Below are positions 7,770 through 16,595 of a DNA stretch of 64,000 nt, one piece after another (position 1 is the stretch's first letter; each line of letters opens with the position of its first letter). A model generated the notes under the pieces. The model saw nothing but the letters and a program-made list of their open reading frames with translations. It had not been told where the DNA came from and searched no databases. The DNA comes from an uncultured Elusimicrobia bacterium (GTDB taxonomy: Bacteria; Elusimicrobiota; Elusimicrobia; Elusimicrobiales; UBA9959): NCBI GenBank assembly GCA_903879915.1, contig CAIRNJ010000013.1, forward strand, positions 833 through 64,832. The letters run 5' to 3'. Position numbers and translations under genes: made by a program.

Positions 7770-9742
7770 GCGGGGGCGGAGGGCGCCTTTAACGGGATGT
7801 GGAAGAAGAAGCGCGAGCCTACGCCGAGTTCGGATTCTATGCCCATCTCGCCGCCGTGGCGCTGCACGATCTCGCGGGCTATCTTGAGGCCCAGGCCGAA
7901 GCCGGCCTTGCGCATGCCCTGGGCTTCCTTGGTCTGGAAGAACCGTTCCCACACGCGCGGCAGGTCTTCCTTGGAAATACCGATGCCGGTGTCTATAACG
8001 CTGACCACTATCCGGTCGGGCTGGGCTTCCGCTTTAATGGTGATCTTGCCGCCTTCCTTGGTGTACTGGATGGCGTTGGTGCAGAGGTTCTGCACCACCT
8101 GGCCCACGCGCGAGTCGTCGCCGGCCAACGGCGGCAGCACCGGCGGCACTTCCAGCGTCATATTCAGATTGCGTTTCTGGGCGGCTATCTTCACACGCTC
8201 GAACACGTCCTGCACCACGGCCAGCAGGTTCAGGGTACCTATCTCCACGCGCAGCTTGCCGGATTCTATCGCGGCCAGGTCCACCAGGTCGGAAATAAGC
8301 ACGTTGAGCGTCTTGGCGGAAGTGTTGATATTGGAGGCGTAGCGCTGCTCGTTGGGCATGGCTTTGAGCTTCATGTTCAGCACTTCGGAGTAGCCGAGGA
8401 TGGCGGTCAGCGGGCTCTTCACGTCGTGGGCCACCGTGGCGAAGAATTTTTTCTGGAAGCCGTTGATCAGCTCCAGCTGGCCTTTCTGTTCCTGCGTTTC
8501 TTTAAGCAGGCGCGCGTTCTCCAGCATAAGGAACCGGCGCTCCAGCGCCTTTTCCACCGAGAAGATCAGGCGGGAGGCCTCCACGGGCTTGAGGATGGCG
8601 TCGTCGAGGCCCAGCTCCACCACCTGGCTGACGCCCTTCAGCGCCGCCTGCAGCGGGTACTGGTCCACCATGAAAATAATGCGCAGGTCGGGGTCGCGCT
8701 CGCGCAGTTTCTGCGCCAGCTCCGCCCCTGAATGCTCGGCGTAAGTGATGGCGGTGCCTATGACCGCCAGGTGAAAAGCGCCTTTAACGCACAGCCCGAG
8801 GGCCTCTTCGCCGTCCATCGAGGAGGTCACCGCGTAGCCCGCGCCCTGCAGGGCCTGGCCCAGCGTGGTCAGGGCGGGCTTAAAATTGTCCAGAAGCAGG
8901 ATACGTTCGGTGCCCCTGCCTTTAACGCGGATGTCCGCGCCTTCGCTGTTCTCTATCAGTATGCCGGCTATGCGGCCGGCGTGCTCCCGCGAAATGGATA
9001 CGTGGTGCCCGTCCTTGAGCGACTGAATGGCGTAGCGCACCAGGTCCGTGCCCGAGATCATATAACAGACGGTTTCCGGGGAAACGCCGCGGATGGCGGC
9101 GTCCAGCGCGTCGGCCTCTTTCTGGGTGCCGGCGAACTGCGCCACCACCACGTTGATGAGCGGAGGCGCGGCTTCGGACTCTTCTTCTTCGGTGGTGCCG
9201 CCCAGCAGCGACCAGGTTTTTTTTATTTTCTTAGGCTGGGAGGCGGCTATGCGCGCCTCGGTCTGCCGGCGGACGAACTCGGGCAGGTCGGCGGTGGTTT
9301 CCAGGGACATGGGCTGCACCCCGGACTGATGGAAAGCGGTCTGCACGGCCCCGGTGGAGAACAGGACCTGGTCGGCCAGGATGATCACCGTGCGCACAGT
9401 TACCCGCACCTGGTCCGCGAACCCCATGGGCAGCGGCCAGCTGAGCCGGCGCACCGGCGAGCTGAGCGTGGGCGTGATGCTGGCTACCGACTCCAGCATG
9501 AACAGATGCAGCTTCGGGAATTGTTTATGCAGCTCTATAAAAGCTTCGCGCTCGGCCGGGGGCACATGGTTGAAATCCACCACCATGGCGGAACAGTCGC
9601 CGGTGGCCAGCCGGGCGGCGGCGTACTTAAGGGTAGGCACGCAGACCAGCTCCAGGCCCCTGCCCGACATGGACGGCGCCAGCTCGTCAAGGAGCTCTTT
9701 GCCTGTAGTGATGACCAGTACGCGGCCTTTGGATTCTGCCAT
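7763..9742 (-). CDS. hybrid sensor histidine kinase with N-terminal receiver-like domains
   Basis: 659 aa; H-box FFATVAHDVKSPLTAILGYSE; HATPase N/G1/G2 boxes (QNLCTNAIQYT, VIDTGIGI, GFGLGLKIAREIV); N-terminal CheY-like segments (RVLVITTG..., ILLLDNFK...), at least one apparently lacking the acceptor Asp. Confidence 0.8.
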   Translation of the reverse strand: MAESKGRVLVITTGKELLDELAPSMSGRGLELVCVPTLKYAAARLATGDCSAMVVDFNHVPPAEREAFIELHKQFPKLHLFMLESVASITPTLSSPVRRLSWPLPMGFADQVRVTVRTVIILADQVLFSTGAVQTAFHQSGVQPMSLETTADLPEFVRRQTEARIAASQPKKIKKTWSLLGGTTEEEESEAAPPLINVVVAQFAGTQKEADALDAAIRGVSPETVCYMISGTDLVRYAIQSLKDGHHVSISREHAGRIAGILIENSEGADIRVKGRGTERILLLDNFKPALTTLGQALQGAGYAVTSSMDGEEALGLCVKGAFHLAVIGTAITYAEHSGAELAQKLRERDPDLRIIFMVDQYPLQAALKGVSQVVELGLDDAILKPVEASRLIFSVEKALERRFLMLENARLLKETQEQKGQLELINGFQKKFFATVAHDVKSPLTAILGYSEVLNMKLKAMPNEQRYASNINTSAKTLNVLISDLVDLAAIESGKLRVEIGTLNLLAVVQDVFERVKIAAQKRNLNMTLEVPPVLPPLAGDDSRVGQVVQNLCTNAIQYTKEGGKITIKAEAQPDRIVVSVIDTGIGISKEDLPRVWERFFQTKEAQGMRKAGFGLGLKIAREIVQRHGGEMGIESELGVGSRFFFHIPLKAPSAPAK

Positions 9743-9812
9743 GAATAACTATTATAGCCGTAGCAAAGACTCTATGCAAATCTTTCCGGCGGCTTAAAAC
9801 CGTCAGAAGCCG

Positions 9813-11630
9813 CTACGGCTTCGGCTTCGCCCCCGCGGCAAGGGCGTCCAGCACCAGGCCTTTGGTAAGCAGTTCGGGCAGCAGCACCGCCGGCCCGCCG
9901 CCGGGATGCACCACGTAAAGCGGCACGCCGTTGCGCCCGTACCTGGCTAGCTCGTCCTGTATGGCCTTGTCGCGCCCCGTCCAGTCGGCGCGGAAGGCGG
10001 AAACGCCGGGGCTGGAGAGCGCCGCGCGCACTTCCGGCGCGGCCAGCGCCGTGCGCTCGTTCACCTGGCAGGACAGGCACCAGGCGGCGGTAAAATCCAC
10101 CACCACGGTATCCCCGGCCGCGCGCGCCCGCTCCACGGCCTGGGCCGACCAGGGCTGCCACAGCGCGTCGGCGGGCGCGGGAACGGCCGCCAGCAGGTGC
10201 CAGCACACCCACAGCAGCCAGGCCGCGGTGGCGAACATGGGCAGCGACAGGAATTTTTTCAGCATCACCATCCAGTTGCCCGGCCGCGGCAGCAGCCGGG
10301 TAAGCGCGGGCCAGGAAGAAAGGCAGGCGTACGGCGCGGCCGCGCCCGCGCCCAGCGCCCCGAACACGGCCAGCACTTCTATGGCGGGCCGCGTCAGCGC
10401 CCAGCCCAGCGTGGCGCCCATGAACGGCGCGGTGCACGGCGCGCCGGCGGCCATGGCGAAAACGCCGGAGAAGAACGAGCCTATCCTGCCTTCGCGGGCG
10501 GTGAGCGCGCGCCCCGCGCCCATCCACCTGGCGCCGAACTCGAAAACGCCGAACAGGCTCAGGCCGGCGAAAATGAACAGCGCGGCCAGCGAGGAGACCG
10601 CCCAGGGCGACTGGAACTGGGTGCCCCAGCCGAGGGTCGCGCCGGCGCGGCGCGCGGCCAGCAGCACGACAGCCAGGGCTTCGCAGCTCAGCACCACGCC
10701 GGCTGCGTAGGCCAGCGCCTCGCAGCGCACCTGCGCAGGGTGATGGTCTTTGCGGTTCAGCAGCCCCAGCGCCTTGAAAGTGAGCACGGGCAGCACGCAG
10801 GGCATCAGGTTCAGCAGCAGCCCCCCCGCGAAAGCCAGGAAGAAAAAACGCGCTACGGCGCCGCCGGCGCTGACCGGGACGGAGATCTCCGCCGGCGCGA
10901 AACCCGGGCGGACCACGACGCCTTCCACCCGCGCCGGCAGCGCCTCGCCAGGGGCCTGCTTCAGGGTCAGTTCCGTTTCCACCGGGCTTACGCTTACGCC
11001 GGAACGCGCGTTGGCGAAAGTGCAGGGGTCTTTCGGGAAGAATTCGGCCCGCGGATGGCGGCCCCGCAGCCGCAGCAGCACCGTATCCCCGCTGCGCGCC
11101 GCCGCCACGGCCGCGCCGGCGTCCGGGCGCGGCACCCCGGCCAGGGCCGCGGCCAAAGCCGCGGCATCGGCGGCTTTTACAAGCGGCTCCCCGGCCACCC
11201 CGATGTTAAGCGTCAGCTCCGCCTCGCCGGGTTCGCACCCTTCGCGGCATTCCAGCCACTCGGCATGCGCGCGCAGCGCGGCGCGGGTCCCCGGGCGCGC
11301 GGCAGCGGGCACGGTAAGCGTCAGCGGCAGTATCACCTCTCCGTTGTAGCCGAAATTGGTCAGCGGCGGGAACTCCAGGCGTTCCGGGACCGGCCAGCTT
11401 AAAGGCGCGGCGTTCCAGCCCCGGGGCAGCCGCCAGGCAAGGCTGGGCGCCAGCCCGGCGTCGCCCGGATTTCGCCAGTACACGTGCCAGCCGTCCCTCA
11501 TTTTAAGTTTCAGCCCGGCCGCGAAGCTCTCTCCGGGCGCGGCGGCGGCGCGCGCCGAGAGCAGCGAAGCGTCCACATGCCCCGCCCGAGCGGGCAGGGA
11601 GAACAGCAGCAGCAGGGCGAGTGTTCTCAT
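9813..11630 (-). CDS. dsbD: DsbD/ScsB-family protein-disulfide reductase
   Basis: 605 aa; signal peptide; N-terminal DsbD-alpha-like domain (GWHVYWRNPGDAGLAP); multi-TM core with Cys (LNLMPCVLPV); C-terminal thioredoxin fold AAWCLSCQVNE. Confidence 0.8.
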   Translation of the reverse strand: MRTLALLLLFSLPARAGHVDASLLSARAAAAPGESFAAGLKLKMRDGWHVYWRNPGDAGLAPSLAWRLPRGWNAAPLSWPVPERLEFPPLTNFGYNGEVILPLTLTVPAAARPGTRAALRAHAEWLECREGCEPGEAELTLNIGVAGEPLVKAADAAALAAALAGVPRPDAGAAVAAARSGDTVLLRLRGRHPRAEFFPKDPCTFANARSGVSVSPVETELTLKQAPGEALPARVEGVVVRPGFAPAEISVPVSAGGAVARFFFLAFAGGLLLNLMPCVLPVLTFKALGLLNRKDHHPAQVRCEALAYAAGVVLSCEALAVVLLAARRAGATLGWGTQFQSPWAVSSLAALFIFAGLSLFGVFEFGARWMGAGRALTAREGRIGSFFSGVFAMAAGAPCTAPFMGATLGWALTRPAIEVLAVFGALGAGAAAPYACLSSWPALTRLLPRPGNWMVMLKKFLSLPMFATAAWLLWVCWHLLAAVPAPADALWQPWSAQAVERARAAGDTVVVDFTAAWCLSCQVNERTALAAPEVRAALSSPGVSAFRADWTGRDKAIQDELARYGRNGVPLYVVHPGGGPAVLLPELLTKGLVLDALAAGAKPKP

Positions 11631-11653
11631 TTATGGGTCCGAAGAGCCGGCCG

Positions 11654-12844
11654 TCAGCGGCCGGGGCTGTCCGTGTCCCCTGCAGGTCCGGCTTCGAGCA
11701 GTTCGATAGTGCGCGCGGCCGGCACCAGGGTTATGCCGAACTGCGCCTTGAGGGCGGCGGCTACGGCGTCATTGTCCGCGCCCGTCCATTCCAGCTTCAT
11801 ATCGTAGATCCCGGCCAGGCCGGTCTCGTCCAGCACCGGCTGTCCGAACCTGGACTCCAGGAATTCCAGCAGCTTGTCCATTCTGGCGCCCGCGGAGCGG
11901 ACATAGCTCCGCCCCTCGCTCCAGCCCCCCGCGTCCCCGGCGGGGGAGAACCCTGCATGCGGCGCGTTATCGTACTGCGCCAGCAGGACCTGCCTGGCGC
12001 CGGACACCTTACGCACTTGCGCGCCGTAAGCGGCCAGCACCGCCTGCCGCAGCAGGGGCTTGAGCATGTTTTCCGCCGCCTTTGGCGCCCGCACCAGGAA
12101 ACTGAACCTTTGCGCGGGCAGCGCCGAAGAGATCTCCACCCGCTGCTCGCCCACCCCGTAAGCCTGGGCGAGCATGGCGCGCAGGTCCAGCCGTGTATAT
12201 TCCTCGTACACAGTCCCGTTAAGGGAGCCGTGGCCGTAGCCCATATCGCCGTTCTCCGTGACGCTGGCCACCCGCACTTCGAACAGGGCGGGGTTCTCCG
12301 GCGCTTTTTCAGGCGCCGCGGCCTTGCTGTTGTTGATCTTTTCTATGGCTTCAGCTGAGCCGAGGTCCATCAGCTGCCGCAGCGCCTTCTCGGAAAGCTG
12401 CTCCGGAGAAGTATACCGCAACACCGCGCCGGCCTTGCCTATTATTACCGTCTGCGGGACCCCGGTCACGCCGAAAGCGCGCCAGGCGTTATTTCCGTCC
12501 ACGGCTACGCTGCCGGCCATAGGATGCGTCTTCAGGAATTTCTTGACCGTGTCGGCGCTTTCGACCGTGACGGAGATGAATTCAACAGGTTTCCCCCGGA
12601 AAGCCTTCGCCAGGTCGCTCATATGCGGGATATTGGCCACGCAGGGCACGCACCAGGTGGCCCAGAACTCCAGCACCACCACCTTGCCTTTGTACGCCGG
12701 CCAGCCGGGGAAGTCGGCGACGGCGCCGTTCCTGAGCAGCTTCATGCTCACCCGCGGCGCGGGCCGCCCTTCAGGCACCGCCGCGGCTAAAAAGGCCGGC
12801 AGCAGCGCAAGCACGGCCAGGAACACGGAAAGTTTTGTTTTCAT
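11654..12844 (-). CDS. TlpA/redoxin-type thioredoxin fused to a TIGR03435-like C-terminal domain
   Basis: 396 aa; signal peptide; WATWCVPC active site; C-terminal region (...YDMKLEWTG...LKAQFGITLVPAARTIELL) resembles the TIGR03435 family as I recall it. Confidence 0.65.
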   Translation of the reverse strand: MKTKLSVFLAVLALLPAFLAAAVPEGRPAPRVSMKLLRNGAVADFPGWPAYKGKVVVLEFWATWCVPCVANIPHMSDLAKAFRGKPVEFISVTVESADTVKKFLKTHPMAGSVAVDGNNAWRAFGVTGVPQTVIIGKAGAVLRYTSPEQLSEKALRQLMDLGSAEAIEKINNSKAAAPEKAPENPALFEVRVASVTENGDMGYGHGSLNGTVYEEYTRLDLRAMLAQAYGVGEQRVEISSALPAQRFSFLVRAPKAAENMLKPLLRQAVLAAYGAQVRKVSGARQVLLAQYDNAPHAGFSPAGDAGGWSEGRSYVRSAGARMDKLLEFLESRFGQPVLDETGLAGIYDMKLEWTGADNDAVAAALKAQFGITLVPAARTIELLEAGPAGDTDSPGR

Positions 12845-12919
12845 AAGCGATAATACTATTTTACTTTTATCCCGCCGGGGAACAATACCCCCCGGCCGCG
12901 ACCCGGCCAGGCCCGCTCC

Positions 12920-12949
12920 TTGACAATACGACGGTGAAATACATTTAAT
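12920..12949 (+). promoter_or_regulatory. candidate sigma70 promoter of ygeW-like gene
   Basis: TTGACA (12920-12925), 18-nt spacer, TTTAAT (12944-12949); about 40 nt upstream of ATG 12991, which has a GGAG 10 nt upstream. Confidence 0.4.
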
Positions 12950-12990
12950 TGAATAGCTATTTGCAGAACGAACCTCTGGAGATCAAAAAA

Positions 12991-14181
12991 ATGCCTATCG
13001 ATATAGAGAAGTCTTTGACTGAACTTGCCGGGCTCGGGGCCGACCTTTACGGCAAGGATTTCCTGCTTACCTGGGAAAAATCCGACGCGGAGCTTAACTC
13101 CGTGTTCATCATAGCGGAGCTGCTCAAAGAGCTGCACGCGAAGAACGTACCGCTCGACATGTTCAAGACGGGCCTCGCCGTCTCCAACTTCCGGGACAAC
13201 TCCACCCGCACCCGCTTCTCGTTCGCCTCCGCCTGCAACCTGCTGGGCCTGGCCGTGCAGGACCTTGACGAAGGGAAGTCCCAGATAGCCCACGGCGAGA
13301 CCGTGCGCGAAACGGCGAACATGATCTCTTTCCTGACCGAGGCCATCGGCATCCGGGACGATATGTTCATCGGCAAGGGCCACACCTATATGAAGGAAGT
13401 GGCGGAAGCGCTGGACGACGGTTTCAAGAACGGCGTGCTCAACCAGCGCCCGGCCGTGGTGAACCTCCAGTGCGACCTCGACCACCCGACGCAGTCGATG
13501 TCGGACATGCTGTTCATCAAGAACCATTTCGGCGGCTTCGACAAGCTGAAAGGCCGTAAGATCGCCATGACCTGGGCGTACTCGCCCAGCTACGGCAAGC
13601 CCCTCAGCGTGCCGCAGGGCGTGATAGCCCTGATGACCCGCTACGGGATGAACGTGGAACTGGCCTATCCCGAAGGGTACGACCTGCTGCCCGAGACCAT
13701 AAAAGTGGCCGGCGACAACGCCGCGAAGTCAGGCGGCACGTTCAAGGTCTCGAACAGCATGGAAAGCGCGTTCAGGGACGCCGACATCGTTTACCCGAAG
13801 AGCTGGGCGCCGTACAAAGTGATGGAGCGCCGCACCGCGCTGCTCGAGAAGAACGACCACCCGGGCCTGAAGGAGCTGGAGAAAGAATGCCTCGCGCAGA
13901 ACGCCCGGCACATGGGCTGGATCTGCGACGAGGAGATGATGAAGCTCACGAAGGGCGGCGAGGGCCTTTACCTGCACTGCCTGCCCGCGGACATCAAGGA
14001 CGTCTCCTGCAAGCACGGCGAAGTCACCGCCGGGGTGTTCGACAAGTACCGCATAGGCACCTACAAGGAAGCCGGGTACAAGCCCTTCATCATAGCGGCC
14101 ATGATAACCGCCTGCACCAAGAAGAACCCCGCGAAAGTGATAGAAGCGCTGTATAAGACCGGGCAGAAGCGCGTTCTGTAG
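12991..14181 (+). CDS. ygeW: YgeW-type knotted carbamoyltransferase
   Basis: 396 aa from ATG 12991; long near-colinear similarity to E. coli YgeW as I recall it (FRDNSTRTRFSFASACNLLGL, DLDEGKSQIAHGETVRETANMISF, VNLQCDLDHPTQSM, MTWAYSPSYGKPLSVPQG, HCLPADI). Confidence 0.8.
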   Translation: MPIDIEKSLTELAGLGADLYGKDFLLTWEKSDAELNSVFIIAELLKELHAKNVPLDMFKTGLAVSNFRDNSTRTRFSFASACNLLGLAVQDLDEGKSQIAHGETVRETANMISFLTEAIGIRDDMFIGKGHTYMKEVAEALDDGFKNGVLNQRPAVVNLQCDLDHPTQSMSDMLFIKNHFGGFDKLKGRKIAMTWAYSPSYGKPLSVPQGVIALMTRYGMNVELAYPEGYDLLPETIKVAGDNAAKSGGTFKVSNSMESAFRDADIVYPKSWAPYKVMERRTALLEKNDHPGLKELEKECLAQNARHMGWICDEEMMKLTKGGEGLYLHCLPADIKDVSCKHGEVTAGVFDKYRIGTYKEAGYKPFIIAAMITACTKKNPAKVIEALYKTGQKRVL

Positions 14182-14205
14182 ATCCGGGAACAGTTCCTTA
14201 AAAGT

Positions 14206-14237
14206 AAAAACCGGGCACCCGTGTGCCCGGTTTTTTT
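14206..14237. terminator. bidirectional intrinsic terminator between convergent ygeW and ygeY
   Basis: aaaaa-ccgggcac-ccgt-gtgcccgg-ttttttt: 8-bp perfect stem (14211-14218/14223-14230) flanked by an A-run and a T-run. Confidence 0.75.
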
Positions 14238-14290
14238 ACGCGCCGGAGATCCGGGGCCGCCGCCTGCCGCGGCCGGCCCCCGGGATCAAG

Positions 14291-15481
14291 TTACAGGTAC
14301 TGCGGGATGGCTGCGTAGAACGCGGCGGCCTTCACCAGGTCTTCCGCCGGCATGAACTCGTTGACGGTATGAGCGTAGACCTCGTTGCCGGGGCCGAAGC
14401 CTATCGTGGGAATGCCGAGGCGGCCGGCCGAGGCCACGCCGTTGGTGGAGAACACCCATCTGTCCACCACGGGCATTTTGTTAAGCGCCACTTTGCCCGC
14501 TTCCACGCCGGCGTTCACCAGCTTATGTTCGCGCGGCAGCACCCAGGTGGGGAAATATTTTTCCTGGCCCACTTTCAGTCCCGTCCAGGCCACGGCGTCG
14601 TAATGCAGAACCTCAACCTTGGCCTTGGCTTTTTTAACCGAAGGCAGGCACTGTATCTCGGCTACCGAGCTCTTCAGCGTCTCGCCTATGGTGAGGCGGC
14701 GGTCCAGGTAGATGGTGCATTCGTCCGGCACGGCGTTGTAGGACGGGGTCTTGCACTCTATGCAGGTGACGGCCACGGTGCCCTTGCCGATGAACTTGTC
14801 GTTCTTCAGCTTTTTGTTAAGCGCGGTTATTTCCTTGGTTATGTCGGCCATTTTCACCACGGCGTTGTCGCCGCGCTCGGGGGCGGAGGCGTGGCAGGAA
14901 CGGCCCTTGGTCACCACCTTCATCTCCATGCGGCCGCGGTGGCCGCGGTAGACTTTCAGGTCGGTCGGCTCGGTTATCACCACGAAATCCGGACGGATCT
15001 TCTCTTTGTTTATGATATGCAGCAGCGGCAGGCCGTCGCAGTCCTCTTCCATCACGGAGCCCACCACCATCAGCGTGTAGTCGCCCTCCAGTTTCAGGTC
15101 CTTAATTATCTTGCCGGCGTAGACCATGGAAGCCATGGAAAGCTTCTGGTCGGTGGCGCCGCGGCCGTAAATGGTGTCGTTCTTGTAGATCCCGGCGAAG
15201 GGGTCTATCTTCCAGGCGGTCCTGTCACCTATGCCCACGGTGTCTATGTGGGCGTCCATCATTATTTTCTTTTTGCCGTGGCCGATGAAGCCGATGATAT
15301 TGCCCATCGCGTCGATCTTCACTTTGTCGAAGCCGACCTTCACCATTTCCTTCTTTATCAGGTCAACCAGCTTGCCTTCCTGGCAGGAAAAGCTGGGCGT
15401 GCGGATGATGTTCCTGGCGAAAGCCACTATATCTTTTTTATATTTTCGCGCGGCGTCGCGTATAAGTTCGGCGTTGTTCAT
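14291..15481 (-). CDS. ygeY: YgeY-type M20 family metallo-hydrolase
   Basis: 396 aa; M20 motifs (MMDAHIDTV, RGATDQK, MEEDCDG); convergent neighbour of ygeW as in enterobacterial ygeW-ygeY. Confidence 0.75.
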   Translation of the reverse strand: MNNAELIRDAARKYKKDIVAFARNIIRTPSFSCQEGKLVDLIKKEMVKVGFDKVKIDAMGNIIGFIGHGKKKIMMDAHIDTVGIGDRTAWKIDPFAGIYKNDTIYGRGATDQKLSMASMVYAGKIIKDLKLEGDYTLMVVGSVMEEDCDGLPLLHIINKEKIRPDFVVITEPTDLKVYRGHRGRMEMKVVTKGRSCHASAPERGDNAVVKMADITKEITALNKKLKNDKFIGKGTVAVTCIECKTPSYNAVPDECTIYLDRRLTIGETLKSSVAEIQCLPSVKKAKAKVEVLHYDAVAWTGLKVGQEKYFPTWVLPREHKLVNAGVEAGKVALNKMPVVDRWVFSTNGVASAGRLGIPTIGFGPGNEVYAHTVNEFMPAEDLVKAAAFYAAIPQYL

Positions 15482-15610
15482 TTGTTCCTCCGTAAAGATT
15501 CTGAGCGTGCTTACATTCTATTTAAAGCGAAAGGCCTTGTAAAACGTTTTCATAAGGACCCGCCGAAAATAAAATATAATGACGGTACTGTGAAGATCCG
15601 TCAGAAAACC

Positions 15611-16558
15611 ATGCCGGTCCCCGGCGAGGCGGCCAAAAACGCGGCGCGCGGCGCGCCCGGGATCGTTTTCCTGGGCTCGGCCTGCAATTACGACTGCCTG
15701 TTCTGTTCGGGAGGGCCCGACGACAAGACCCAGACCGCGGCCGAGATCCGCGCCGTCATCGCGGCGCGGCCCGATACGCTTTCCATCGAGGGCGGCGAAC
15801 CGACCCTGGACCGCGGGCTGCCGGAGTGGGTGCGGCTGGCCCGCAAGACCGGCGTGCGCGACATCATCCTGTGCACCAACGGCGCGCGCTTCGGGAACGC
15901 CGCCTATGTGCGCGAGCTCTGCGGGGCCGGGGTGACGCTCTTCAACGTGAACTTCCCGTCGCACATCGAGAAGGTTTTCGGCGCGATCACGCGCACGAGC
16001 GGGGTGTTCCCCCGGTGCCTCAGGGCGCTGCGCGTCCTGATCGACACGGCCGGAGGCCCCCGGGTGCGGCTTAACTGCGTGGTGCACCTCCTCAGCGCGC
16101 CGGTACTCGAGGATTACGTGCGTTTCGTGCGCAGGAACTTCCCCGAGGTCTTCTACATCGAGTTCAACCTGGTCAAGGTGCTGGGCCATGTGAAGCGCCG
16201 CCGGTACCTGGTGCCGCGCCTCGGCTATATCCTCCCCCGGCTTTCCGCCGCGCTGGCGCTCGCGGACCGTTTCAAAATGCAGTGCATCTGCGACGGTTTC
16301 CCGCTCTGTCTCCTGCCGGGGCACGAGCATTGCGCCATCGACGCCCGCAAGCTGCTTACCGGGGACCTGCTCTATATGAAGGAGAAAATAAAATCGCCCC
16401 GCTGCGCGGGCTGCACGCTGGGCGCGCTGTGCGCGGGCCTGCGCGCGGACTACCTGCGCATCCATGGCGACGGCGAGATCAGGGCGTCCTCCCTCGACCC
16501 CGCGCCCATAGAGGCGCGCGTGAGGAAATTTCTTGCCGGGCCGCAGGGTCCGCGCTGA
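15611..16558 (+). CDS. radical SAM protein, short HxsC-like paralogue family ('fam1')
   Basis: 315 aa from ATG 15611 (GTG 15590 also possible; the 5' 1.2 kb of the 729-aa track ORF is antisense to ygeY); CNYDCLFC; SIEGGEPT; C-terminal CAGCTLGALCAGLRADYLRIHGDGEI tail. Confidence 0.7.
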   Translation: MPVPGEAAKNAARGAPGIVFLGSACNYDCLFCSGGPDDKTQTAAEIRAVIAARPDTLSIEGGEPTLDRGLPEWVRLARKTGVRDIILCTNGARFGNAAYVRELCGAGVTLFNVNFPSHIEKVFGAITRTSGVFPRCLRALRVLIDTAGGPRVRLNCVVHLLSAPVLEDYVRFVRRNFPEVFYIEFNLVKVLGHVKRRRYLVPRLGYILPRLSAALALADRFKMQCICDGFPLCLLPGHEHCAIDARKLLTGDLLYMKEKIKSPRCAGCTLGALCAGLRADYLRIHGDGEIRASSLDPAPIEARVRKFLAGPQGPR

Positions 16559-16595
16559 CGGCCCGGAGTTAAGCCGGTATCAGGATCAACGGCCC

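Noticed and set aside
7799-11402. Plus-strand ORFs 7799-8731, 8732-9748 and 10197-11402
   Set aside because: They are antisense to the histidine kinase and DsbD-family genes and have shadow composition.
14369-15589. 5' two-thirds of the 729-aa plus-strand ORF 14369-16558
   Set aside because: This part is antisense to the ygeY-like M20 gene and has shadow composition. Only the 3' part, from ATG 15611 (or GTG 15590), shows rSAM motifs and was kept.
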